A stretch of DNA of 64,000 bases from Schizochytrium sp. TIO01 (Eukaryota; Protista; Bigyra: Labyrinthulomycetes): the NCBI GenBank assembly GCA_004764695.1, contig SMSO01000033.1, positions 2,046,001-2,110,000 on the forward strand. The letters run 5' to 3'. Below are positions 19,391 to 30,112 of this stretch, piece by piece; the stretch's first letter is position 1, and every line of letters begins with the position of its first letter. The notes under the pieces were generated by a model. That model did not search any database and had not been told where the DNA came from. It saw only the letters and a list, made by a program, of their open reading frames with translations. The translations under genes and the position numbers were made by a program.

Positions 19391-20167
19391 TTGCTAAGGT
19401 GTGACCATGGCCGCCCTGAGTCATATAAGGACTGCTTAAAAATCATGAAATTCGTACTGTACTCTGCAAGAGATTCTTCTTCAACTGCCATCCAGGCAAT
19501 ATGAGTACCCTCGCTCGCGCTCGCGCGATTCTTTTTTGAAGTTCTCAATTTAAGTACGATCAGTTTGTTTGCCCCTCTATAATTCTTTCAAGCACGCAGG
19601 AAGCGATAACCTTGTCAATGCGACATGGTTCATGCGGTCACTACTTTCAGTGGTATGTATAGTACCTACCCTTTATATTGTAATTGTGAGTGCACACCTT
19701 GCACGCGCTTAATATATAGGCCTACATATGATGTTTGGAAATGTAACTATGTACCTTCTTACATATACCAATTACTATTGCGAGCTATTAAAGGTAATAA
19801 GTTGACTTGGTAACAACTGTTATGTTTGACAGACTTCGTAGGCTAAGATCAAGTCATAAGATCATCGTCTTGATCACCCCCCTTGCCACGCACTCCCTCA
19901 GTCTATTACCTACGCAACGTTTCCGGTACTGTATTGCATTACAGGTAGAACTAGGTAGTATGTTAAAGTTCGGGAAAAGTTTAGAAACAATACTTATTTT
20001 TTAAACACACTTTGAAGGTCTCTAAAATAAGTCGAGCGGCTCAAACTTTTTTTCAAGCAACCAAACTCGCTTTGAGGCACTCCTGTTGCAACGCTCTTCT
20101 GCGCTCTACACTGATCGAGATCAGTAGCCCCGTCGAAAGTGCTGTTTAAGTCCCATCGCGCAGCGCC

Positions 20168-21697
20168 ATGGGTTCCGAAGAAGCTACGCACGAGCCCACC
20201 TCTACTGAGCCCAGTGTAGAATTGGAGGACGATGAGGAAGATCGCCTTCGCTCAGCGTCTTCCCTGTCGCGAAGGTCGCATCGCAAGACTTCAACATCGA
20301 TTTCGCGTAGGAAATCATCTACAACGAGTTCTCGCAAAACATCCAACAATGATGCAGAAGACGACGATGGAGATGAAAAGCTTGACGACAATGGCGAGCT
20401 GCAAAAGTCGAGGCATATGAGTATGTCGAAGCGCAGATCTGCTCGTAAAAGTAAGGTTCTTATGTTTTCGGAGCCGGTCTCTGAAGAAGTGCTAGCGGCA
20501 GCACACTATCTACGCAAAGTTTTAGCGGTGTTCTTGATAACTGCTTTGGTGGTTGATATTGCGGTGCTTGGACTTCGAGGAGGTAGTTCTTCATTTATTG
20601 ATTGGTGGGATATGATTGGCACAGTGGCATATGTCCGGGGTCGGCATCGCTCTTACACTCTGCGAAGGACAGAAAACCAGTCAAGCATTGTTTGGATAAT
20701 CTTTCTTTTACTCGATTCATTTATGCTCTACGAGATTGCCGGGAAAACTACTCGCACTTTGATGCGTAAAACTCCTGTTTTTTCATCCCTCGCTGGATTA
20801 GTTAAGTTCACTGTTATTGGCTTTCTCCCGGTTCACTTTTTCCCTGGGGACCATTTATTTGAACTCGTAGAGCATAACGATGTGCATCAGCTCATTGTTT
20901 GTGCGTACTGGGCGACAACCAAGACTCGAAGTTTGTTCAACCAAATGGATGAGGCTGCAAATGAGCACCACTTCACATTTGTGCACTCTTTTGCTCTGTG
21001 CGTTATTTCCTGTGAGATTGCCACCGTTGTGAGCAAATTCGATAAAAACCTTGTATTGTATTCTTTTGAAGAGTGTATTCATCGATTTCCAGGGGGGGTT
21101 CGCGTGTGGATTGCTAGCCGCACTCTCATGGCATCGCTCTTTGCTTCATTGTTTATGTGCATTGCTGTACGCACGTTGCGAGTACCTCCCGTCTGGGTGG
21201 CATTCATTACTCTTACCCTATTTGCCTCATTTTATCGCTACGGAAACGGGTTGTTGGAGCGCACGTTAGAACGTTTGCTTGTACATCCCCTCTGTGATGC
21301 TCGGAAGGCTCGTCTGGAGGATGAACCCGAGGAAGGTGCCAGCGAAAGTGAGCACTCCGGGGTGCTCTGGTACACCTTGCTCGACTGTTTATCCAGCGAA
21401 CATAAGATGGCAGTTCTGGAGCTTGAGTTTCGCATTCGCAGCTTTATAGATGACTTGCCTACGTTTTATGACGAACTCCCTGACTTTGCCAACGAGCATG
21501 GGCACCGCATTGCAGAATCGATGTCTCTTGTTTTTGGACAGCTGCAACGTGATGCAGCTGCTGATACCCAAGCTGCGCACTGTCGCATGGACGAAGTGTT
21601 TTCAGAAATCGAAACCTCTACAAAGAGCTGGCAGACTGAAGCAACAGAGTTTGGAAACGCTATTCAAAGGCGTGCTAAGCATCTTAAATTGCACTGA
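20168..21697 (+). CDS. multi-pass membrane protein, divergent TRIC/TMEM38-like cation channel
   Basis: 509 aa with ~7-8 hydrophobic segments. SFMLYEIAG...TPVF...HFFPGDHLF and SRTLMASLFASLF resemble TRIC blocks. Disordered N-terminus and helical C-terminal tail. Confidence 0.5.
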   Translation: MGSEEATHEPTSTEPSVELEDDEEDRLRSASSLSRRSHRKTSTSISRRKSSTTSSRKTSNNDAEDDDGDEKLDDNGELQKSRHMSMSKRRSARKSKVLMFSEPVSEEVLAAAHYLRKVLAVFLITALVVDIAVLGLRGGSSSFIDWWDMIGTVAYVRGRHRSYTLRRTENQSSIVWIIFLLLDSFMLYEIAGKTTRTLMRKTPVFSSLAGLVKFTVIGFLPVHFFPGDHLFELVEHNDVHQLIVCAYWATTKTRSLFNQMDEAANEHHFTFVHSFALCVISCEIATVVSKFDKNLVLYSFEECIHRFPGGVRVWIASRTLMASLFASLFMCIAVRTLRVPPVWVAFITLTLFASFYRYGNGLLERTLERLLVHPLCDARKARLEDEPEEGASESEHSGVLWYTLLDCLSSEHKMAVLELEFRIRSFIDDLPTFYDELPDFANEHGHRIAESMSLVFGQLQRDAAADTQAAHCRMDEVFSEIETSTKSWQTEATEFGNAIQRRAKHLKLH

Positions 21698-22308
21698 TTG
21701 CATATCTTAGAGACAAATGTCAGTAAGCCAAACTATGACATGGGTAATGCTGTGTCGCTATTTGTTGCTATCCGATTGCATCTACGAGACTACAATGCTG
21801 CCTTCGTTTGTTTTTATGTGTTTGGCTTCTGTTCACAACCTCTTCTCCTTTGTTGATCATTAATTTCCTAATCTCTTTGGGCATTAACTCTTATGTTTTA
21901 TCTTCATTCTTTGTTTCGCCTTTCTTGATTCATTGGAAACGATCTTATTCATTGAATTTAATATAGCTATTTTTCAAAGAAAGAAATCTACAAATCCATT
22001 CAGTCTTTCAAGAATTTTGTGGAATCTGGGATGTATGGATTGAGAGGCCTTCATTTTTCAAGCTAACCCACGTTTCTGATTTCCAAGTAGAAATGGAGAG
22101 AGAAAGAAGCTGTAACAATAATATCTTGTAAGTTTAGCAGGGAAAAAAAGGAAGGGATTCTTGAAGGTTGCAAGAAACTACTTCAGCTCCCCCATTTTTT
22201 ATATTTAAAAAAAAAGAGAAGAAAGCTATAGCAGTAAAGAGAGAAGCAAAAGAAGAAACAACAATCCAGGAACCAAGTCAGACATATGCAAAGATACTAA
22301 ATACTTCT

Positions 22309-23901
22309 TTATCGAGAACCAGTACTGTGCACTTTTCGTTTGATAATTTCTAGATCTCGCATGTCTCGTTTTACAATATCCATAAGCTTGGCAATTCCAT
22401 CGCGCTGTAACTCTAAAAAGTTGAACAACGCTTCTTGATCTTGTTCTTGCATTGTGCTGCCAGTATTACCTGCTTGACGTGGGTCACCTGAACCAAATCC
22501 CTTCGTGTCCTGGTAGTCCTCTAATTCTAGCTGGGTGACAATTTGTGTAAGCTGTGCCCGGCAGCCACGGGGGTCTCCCATTGTTCTGTCAAGACGCTCA
22601 AGGCGTTCTGCAAATTGGAGTTCTGCCTGAGAGCGCCCACCGCGTTGTGGAATAGCTTGTAGTCTCTCGAGGCGGCCTAGTGCGCGAATTAGACGGTGTT
22701 TGAGACGGACGTGCTCGTGCCGGCACTGCTCAATTTGCTCCTCGAAGCCCTGGCCAAGATCCATGCGAAGCCATGACCCACTGTTTTCACTTGATTTGCT
22801 TCCTCCAGTCTTACCTTCCTCCACGGGAACAAGAGCCAACGAATTAGAAGCTGGTGACTTCGAAGAAGTCTTGGAAGGTACAGAGCCAATCATCTCAAGC
22901 TGGGAACGTACATAAGCACCCTGAGCTTCCACACGCTTATACAAAGCCTCAACGCCTACAATTGGCGAGGGAACCCAGTTCATGGGGTCTGGGTTGTTAT
23001 CTTCTGCGCGTTGGTAATCCCGCTGGTCAAGCCATGGGTTGTTTTGAAGGATTACGCGCCTGCGCTGTGCTTTGATGTAGTCTACCTGGCTCAGTGAAAT
23101 GGCACTTGCATGAACCATGAGCTCAGGGGCCATCCCAACCACTTCGTACAACATCGTCTGGAAACGGCTTCCCTGACCAACTCGATACGCGTTGTGAATA
23201 TTCATAAGTTCTCTATACCACCAGGGTGCGGCACTAAGTTGGTTTTGCAATTGATGCATGTTCTCCATCATTTGCTGTTGTTGCTGTTGTTGAGGCTGCA
23301 TGCCCCCAAACCCGCTCATGTTATTATTGTTTTGGTTACCAAAGAGGCTTGTGCCTCCACCCATAGCATTGTTTCCAGCAGGAGCACCTCCAAAGAGACC
23401 TCCGCCTGTGTTGTTGGTTGCAGCAGTACTTCCAAAGAGACTACCCCCGCCAGAGGTATTGTTGTTGCCACCACCGAAGAGACCCCCCCCTGTGTTAGTA
23501 TTGGAGTTGCTGCCGCCAAAGAGGCTGCTACCCCCACCAGCAGCAGCAGCATTGTTGTTTGAGCTGCCAAAGAAACCGCCACCACCGGAGGTGTTATTAG
23601 TTCCTGATGCCCCAAAAAGAGATCCACCAGAGGTATTTGTGTTTGCGGTTGACCCACCAAAGAGACCGCCACTATTTGTATTCGTGGTCGACCCTCCAAA
23701 CAGGCCACCACCAGAGTTGTTGTTTGCAGGGGCAGATGATCCACCGAAGAGACCGCCTCCACTACCAGAGTTGGATGTGCCAAAACCTCCAGTGGTAGCT
23801 CCTGAAGAAGATGCACCACCAAAGAGATTACTACCTCCGGAGCTGGAGCCGCCAAACATTCCTCCTGAAGATGAGTTCTGTCCGCCGAACATCGTCACCA
23901 A
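22309..23901 (-). CDS. NUP54: nucleoporin Nup54/Nup57
   Basis: 530 aa. More than ten GG(L/S)LFG-type FG repeats, poly-Q, NPDPMNWVPSPIVGVEALYKRVEAQ motif, and C-terminal coiled coil ending LQRDGIAKLMDIVKRDMRDL. Confidence 0.92.
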   Translation of the reverse strand: MVTMFGGQNSSSGGMFGGSSSGGSNLFGGASSSGATTGGFGTSNSGSGGGLFGGSSAPANNNSGGGLFGGSTTNTNSGGLFGGSTANTNTSGGSLFGASGTNNTSGGGGFFGSSNNNAAAAGGGSSLFGGSNSNTNTGGGLFGGGNNNTSGGGSLFGSTAATNNTGGGLFGGAPAGNNAMGGGTSLFGNQNNNNMSGFGGMQPQQQQQQQMMENMHQLQNQLSAAPWWYRELMNIHNAYRVGQGSRFQTMLYEVVGMAPELMVHASAISLSQVDYIKAQRRRVILQNNPWLDQRDYQRAEDNNPDPMNWVPSPIVGVEALYKRVEAQGAYVRSQLEMIGSVPSKTSSKSPASNSLALVPVEEGKTGGSKSSENSGSWLRMDLGQGFEEQIEQCRHEHVRLKHRLIRALGRLERLQAIPQRGGRSQAELQFAERLERLDRTMGDPRGCRAQLTQIVTQLELEDYQDTKGFGSGDPRQAGNTGSTMQEQDQEALFNFLELQRDGIAKLMDIVKRDMRDLEIIKRKVHSTGSR

Positions 23902-26270
23902 GTTTTAGATTGTAATAACCGGTCTTGCTCTATCTTTGCCTTGTACACAACCCAAGGAAGCCAAACCTAGATGAGAATCCTCAGATTGAACAATTGACTC
24001 TGTCTTGCGAACTTCTTCAGCTATAATGAGAAGGAAGCTCCCTACAGAAATAATGAGATGGCAAGTATGTAACGTCTTCCACAGCGACCAGCCCAGAAAG
24101 GTTACTTGGGAGGGACTTCTGCGCGTATCGTCGCTCACGACTAAAAAGTAGAGAAGACAGGAAAGCTTCGTTTGTGTCTATCTATCAATACAAATGATTG
24201 TATATATACTTTAGAACAAAGGCCGCCGTTGCTGGTGTGGATAAGAATGAGGCAGGATGCCGATGGCCAAGGGTCCAACGTTGGCGGATCCGAGACGTAA
24301 GCGCGGGAGCTGTGAGGAATCCTAAGAAAGGCTTAATCTCACAATTATTAGCCACTCTTGATGGCGCCGAGGTTGGCAGCGCGGAGGAGCCTCGCGGGCG
24401 CAAGCGCGAGAACAGGAGGCTTGGTGGTTTGGGCTGGAGCAAGGATATACCTACTCCATCTATACGTGACTAGGGAATTTACCTCTTTTTTAAATTAAAA
24501 AAATAAAAATAAAAACATTCTAGTATTATTAAGTACTACCTAGCTAGGTACATCACCTACCTTAACTATAGATTTTTAGCTCAAGTGTGACGGCGCTTCG
24601 AATATGAATCACAGCATTGATCAGGTATGACGAGCAGACAGGCCAAAGTACAAATTCTCTCCCCAAAAATCAAACTCCGAGGATATTGAATTAGCATTTT
24701 GCTCGTAACCATGCATAAGGAGTATGTGAGAATAGCTCACTTTATAGAAACAAGTCGGTATGCTTCATCATTTACTTTTTCTCTATTAAGGAGTTGGCAC
24801 CCAACCAGAGGCACCAAATAGACAGTGTCTGTGTAAATTGCATTTTTTGACCAGTGCAGGTGCGAAGTGTTTGGGCACTATGGCCAAGCTAGAGGAGCAA
24901 ATAATCAATATCACGGTGCGCAATAAGCCATGTTCTATGGGACATCAGGGAGTACGACACTCTTCACTTTTGCATTCTTGAGTTCATGACTCAACGTTTA
25001 TCGGGAGCCTTTCACATATGATGATTGAGGCATCCCTCAGGTTGGGATTTGTTGAAAGGCTAGAAAAAGTTTTAAGTGTCATGCCTAACTATTTGGTGAG
25101 CAATAATAGACATAGTTAGCATTTCGTTTGTGATAGGCTCCAAACTTGAACACATAGACACATATTGTCAAATTAAAATTTCCAAACTTGTGCATAGTTC
25201 AAATACATATTACATTTTGCTTGAGTTTATGAAATCACGTCTCAACACATACAATTGTTGGACAGTTCGTTCTAAGAATTGAAACTTATAACGAAACTCA
25301 CAACGAAGTCTAAGGGCTTTGTGTAATTTGTCAGAGGTTACTAAATGAATACGCGCGAGCTGTTACAAAAATAAAATAGGTGCTCCGAAGAAATGATGTA
25401 ATTCAACCCAGAGACTCCTGGCAAGCCTGCCTGAATTTTCCCACAGGACGCAAAAGAACTCCGCCCCTTCAGTCCAAATAATTTCAATGAAGCCCATTGG
25501 TGCATCAGCAAGAAGAAGCAAATAAGTAATACCACCTAAGACTATCGTGCAGAGCATGCTTGAAGAAATCCAAACAGAGTTCTCTAAGTATGATTTATTA
25601 TGACAGTTATCAAATTCGACACACGTTGCTTGGCTTGTTTTGAGCAGTGCTAGCAGCGAACCCTTCAGTTCAAAAATTCTCCAAATTTGCCTGTTACTCA
25701 TCGTTTCATCACCCCCCTCCAGTAGGACTCCCATACCAGGGGCGTAGAGCACAGATAATACAAATGGTAAGATTTATCTTAATGGCTATAATGTCGCTCT
25801 TACCTACCTATTAAAACTATTTTTTTTTTCCCTTTAATAAAGAGAGAAGCAGGCAGGTACTACTAACTCATAATAATGCTACTAGGTCTTGAAAAATTAA
25901 AAAGTTAAAATAAAATAAATTGAAAGGAAAAAAGAGAAGAAAACATAGAGCAGGCAGAATCCCACGATTTCTTCAGAGTGTGTGCTGACGCCGCTTCTTG
26001 GGCCTGCAGGCCTCCCATGAAGGCCTCATTTCTCTCAGAGTCTTTGGGAGAAGACAGCGTAAGCACCCTTCCCCACTACTAAACTAAGATCAAGGCCATG
26101 ATTGATGCAAGCAACCTCTTCGTTTCCACTCAATCAATTGCCGCCTTCCATTCTCCCCTCTCTAGCCTGCTAGCTAGCTAGCGAGAGTCACACCTGAGCA
26201 GCGCCTCTGAGATGAGAGTAGGCCCTCCCTTTCATCAGGATTTTCCCACTCCCTCCATCGCTCCTCCAAA

Positions 26271-26295
26271 CTCTGTCTGTCTGTCTCTCTCTCTC

Positions 26296-26328
<33 letters not shown>

Positions 26329-26354
26329 TTGTCTGGTTGTCTGTCTGTCTGTCT
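26271..26354. repeat. (TCTG)n/(TC)n microsatellite
   Basis: Visible tandem repeat ending in TATAG, a possible intron acceptor. Confidence 0.9.
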
Positions 26355-27502
26355 ATAGTTTCTTTCGCCCTCTGCGCTCCTCTTTGAATGCACTATAGAT
26401 AGATAGATAGATCAGACACCCACTACGGAGAGGCCCCAAGAATTGCTTCTCCGAGGCAGTCTTCATCCCATGGAGTTCTTCTCTTCCTGGCGATGGTGGT
26501 GGTGGTGGTGATGGTCCTGCTTCGCGTGCTTTCTCTGCTTGCCTCGAAGGTTTCCTTTCCTTCGTCTTCTGCTCTTGTCGAGACGACCATCTTCAAGATG
26601 GCCACCATCACGATTGTGGCGACCGCCTCGATCGCCGTAGACAGACTTAGGCCTGAGCGGGGGTGCGCGAGGGTGTGTACGGGGACCGTTTCTGCGGCCT
26701 GAGGAGGGGCTCCATTTTAGTCGAGCATGAAACGGCGGCATGCTCGACCCACGCCCCAGCAACAAGCATGTCATACGTGCTATGCCCAAGCGCATCGAGT
26801 ACAAGAGGTGCCTCGGTCGCCGTCAGCAAACCAGTCGCGCCTGGGAGAGAGCCCCTTTTCTGCCTTTGGCGTCTCTGGTGATGGTGTTTCTACTGACATT
26901 TCTTGTCTTGACAGCCTTCTTAGACTGACAGTGCCACGGACCGCGGTTTTTCTTCCAGGGAGGGCTCAACTCAAAGGTCACCAGAGAGGAGGAACGCCAT
27001 CGTTTCAAGAGGAGAACCTCTAGACTAAGCGAGCCTGCGCGTGAAACCCTCGGCTCCCTACGCAGGTAGGCCGCTATGAAACGCAAGAGTAAAAGAAATA
27101 TGGTTTCTTTTTTTAGTGAAGCGTTTTCTTGCTATGAGTAATTTGTTGATTGATCGCCGAAGCCTTTCACTGCTAGGGTTTCTAGTAATGTCCGGTAGCG
27201 CCGGCTAAGAGGTAGTGGAATAGTTCATCTGGCGCAGCAGTGGGCTGCTCGGGCGAAACTCCAGCAAAAGCAAGTCGTGCTCATCAAACAGGTAAAAGGA
27301 AAGCTCAGACTAGTGTGCCATTAGCAAACCAAAAACAGAACCGGGACTCCCACTTTGCCCAGTTGGCGAGCGACGTCCTTGGCGTCACCGCCTGGAAGTA
27401 GTCCCTGCGACGAGTGCAGGACTTTGACGGGGCGAGGACTAACAGGGTAGCCAGCAGGCTTGTTCCGAGACAGCTGCTCCAAGGTCCTGAGAAAATAAGA
27501 CC

Positions 27503-30112
27503 ATGCAGTTTGTAGACGATGACGGCTGGGCCACGGCAACACCTTCGATGTTTCCGCCCCCGAGCTCAACTTCGCAGCGACCAACATTGACTGATTTCTC
27601 TTCCGAGGAGCGCATCAAAGCATCTATGGATGGCTGGTTCGATACCCGAACTGAGGAGACCAAGGATGATGGGGATGACAGCGAGCAAGACAGAGAGCTC
27701 GACGAAGAGTTTGAGCTCTCAGAAGATGAAGCGGAGGTGGACATCAAGCCGCTACCCAAGAGCTTTGATCTGAACAGCTTTATCGCAGCTCAGCAACTCA
27801 GGCAGAAGCAAGAAGAGGCCGCGCGAGCTCGTACAAACCAAGGCGATGAAAATGATGACCTGAACAGCCTCAGGCAAGCGCCAAGTTATCAGATGTTCGA
27901 GCGCAGCAATCTCGATTATGAGGAGTACCAGAACAATAAACTGAACCAAAGCAGCTCTGAGAGTAGTCTTGACGACCATGAAGATGATGAAGAAGATGAA
28001 GAAGAAATCGATGATTTTGTTGAAGAAGAGGACGAGGACGACGAATACGACGAGCACGAGCACAGCTTACACCTTGACTTGAACGATGAGAACGCAAACA
28101 TGAACAACCCAAATCGGCTCTCCTCTGCTTCCCTTGTGACCCCCATTAAGGGTCCGCTTAGCGACGACCGCTCGAGTATGGGGACTACAGTCACCACCGC
28201 AACCAACGTTACCACTGCTACCACTGCTACCACGGCAAGTGCTGCGAAGAGACGTGCACTTAAAGACAACGCCATCAAGGTCGCTGTACGCTGTCGTGCA
28301 CTTAACGATCGAGAGCTTGCTCTTGGCTCGACGTACTGTATCAAGATGGAGGGTGACGAGATAATGATTAACGCAGATCCCGAGGGCACTGGCGACCCCT
28401 ACAGCGTTATGGGTAGAGTTTCCCGACACAAGATCGCGAAGCGAATTTTTTCGTTCGACTACTGCTATGGGCCAGAGACCGAGCAAGAGCAAGTCTTCGA
28501 GGACATTGGAACTGGGGTACTGGAAAATGCCTTTGCTGGTTACAACGCCAGTGTGTTCGCGTATGGCCAAACAGGTTCTGGTAAAACGTACACAATGCTG
28601 GGTCAAGGTAAAGAAACGAGCCCAGAAGCAGGCTTGATCCCGCGCATCTGTAAGGCTTTGATGGATAAGCTTAGCGAAAACGATTGTCGGGGAGACCCGG
28701 AAACCTCTTGCCTCGGAACCGGCGAAGAGTCAACCACATACTCCTTAGAGGCCTCATATGTGGAGATTTACAACGAAAAGTGCATTGATCTTCTTGCACC
28801 ACCCCCTGGCAAAGGAGAGAGCGTGCCCAAACTTCGCGTTCGAGAAGATCCAAAGAAAGGACCTTACGTCGAGGATCTTACAACTGTGCCGGTGCGTAGC
28901 ATGCATGAGATTCGGCGGATGATGACTGTAGGCGCACGTACACGAACGGTGGCGTCCACCAACATGAACAGCAAATCTAGCCGCAGTCACGCAATCTTCA
29001 CGTTGGTCTTTAAGCAAACAACCATCGCGGGGGATTTGTCGAGCGCAACAGACACAGTGTCGAAGATTAATTTGGTTGATTTAGCCGGCTCTGAGCGCGT
29101 GAGTGCCAGTGGTGTGAAGGGAAAACATCTAACAGAGGCTGCCAATATCAACCGCTCTCTTCACACGCTAGGTCGAGTCATCAATGCTTTGTCTCGTGCC
29201 AGTTCAAAGAAGGCAACAAGCACATTTACACCTCTGAAGGAAAGTAGTGTGCTCAGCTACCTGACGCCCACCAAGGTTGAAAAGGAGCCTGTGATCCCGT
29301 ACCGCGACTCTACTTTGACCTGGCTCCTCAAGCCGAGTCTTGGTGGTAACTCGCGCACTACCATGTTTGCCACAGTAAGCCCGGCAACAATTAATTTTGA
29401 GGAGAGTCTTACAACCCTTCGGTATGCTCAAGAATGCTCTCGTGTCATGAACAAGGCGGTTGTAAACAGAGATGCTAACACGGAGATCATCATGGAGCTA
29501 CGCAATGAAATTGATTTACTGCGTGAGCGACTTGCACACCACACTGAGACAAGTCAGCACGTCCATTACCTTGAGGAGGCGAACAAGCAGATGGAGACCA
29601 AGATCCTCGAGCAAGTCGCCGCAAAGCGTAGCCATGCTAAGGCAATGAAGAGGAATGCAGAACGATTGTTGCAATCCGAAGCAGCCCGGGCTGTCGTTGA
29701 GCAGGAACTTGAGACAACACGGCTTGAGCTTTCTATTGTAACGGCGTTAAAGGACAAGATTGCTGCTGAGCATCGTCAGGCACAGGAGCGTATTGAGCAG
29801 TTGCAAATGCAGCTCGATGATGTAAATGTTGTTGAACGAACTGAACGAGTTGAGCAAGTTTTGGCAACTCCGCAGCCTGCTCGAGCTTCTCGTAAGTCGC
29901 GTAAGACCTTTGGCAGACTTTCAACCCTCTCAAGAAAACGTGGTAACAGCACAGCTTCTGCAGAGGGTCTTGAGCCTACAGAAGAGGAAGAGGAGATCTA
30001 CGAAGAGGCGCCTACAAAGGGCAACAAGAAATCCTGGCGGAAGCGCATCAAGAAGTTCTTGAAAAAGGTGACTGGTCAATCTACTCACAATTCTAAATCT
30101 AGCACAAAGTAA
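27503..30112 (+). CDS. kinesin-3-like motor protein with long acidic N-terminal extension
   Basis: 869 aa. IKVAVRCR, FAYGQTGSGKTYTM, LRVREDPKKGPYVEDL, NSKSSRSHAIF, LVDLAGSER, IPYRDSTLTWLLK, neck AVVNRDAN, then coiled coil and a basic tail. Confidence 0.93.
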   Translation: MQFVDDDGWATATPSMFPPPSSTSQRPTLTDFSSEERIKASMDGWFDTRTEETKDDGDDSEQDRELDEEFELSEDEAEVDIKPLPKSFDLNSFIAAQQLRQKQEEAARARTNQGDENDDLNSLRQAPSYQMFERSNLDYEEYQNNKLNQSSSESSLDDHEDDEEDEEEIDDFVEEEDEDDEYDEHEHSLHLDLNDENANMNNPNRLSSASLVTPIKGPLSDDRSSMGTTVTTATNVTTATTATTASAAKRRALKDNAIKVAVRCRALNDRELALGSTYCIKMEGDEIMINADPEGTGDPYSVMGRVSRHKIAKRIFSFDYCYGPETEQEQVFEDIGTGVLENAFAGYNASVFAYGQTGSGKTYTMLGQGKETSPEAGLIPRICKALMDKLSENDCRGDPETSCLGTGEESTTYSLEASYVEIYNEKCIDLLAPPPGKGESVPKLRVREDPKKGPYVEDLTTVPVRSMHEIRRMMTVGARTRTVASTNMNSKSSRSHAIFTLVFKQTTIAGDLSSATDTVSKINLVDLAGSERVSASGVKGKHLTEAANINRSLHTLGRVINALSRASSKKATSTFTPLKESSVLSYLTPTKVEKEPVIPYRDSTLTWLLKPSLGGNSRTTMFATVSPATINFEESLTTLRYAQECSRVMNKAVVNRDANTEIIMELRNEIDLLRERLAHHTETSQHVHYLEEANKQMETKILEQVAAKRSHAKAMKRNAERLLQSEAARAVVEQELETTRLELSIVTALKDKIAAEHRQAQERIEQLQMQLDDVNVVERTERVEQVLATPQPARASRKSRKTFGRLSTLSRKRGNSTASAEGLEPTEEEEEIYEEAPTKGNKKSWRKRIKKFLKKVTGQSTHNSKSSTK

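Noticed and set aside
19841-19854. GGCTAAGATCAAGT matches the 5' region of U2 snRNA
   Set aside because: Only 14 nt match. The following GTAGTA branch-pairing sequence and the Sm site are absent.
23110-23908. Antisense and alternate-frame ORFs over NUP54 (likewise over the helicase, kinesin, WASP and HMGB genes)
   Set aside because: These are shadows of repetitive or codon-biased coding sequence.
25363-25752. 129 aa minus-strand ORF
   Set aside because: GTG start, no recognisable family and broken flanking frames. At most a decayed fragment.
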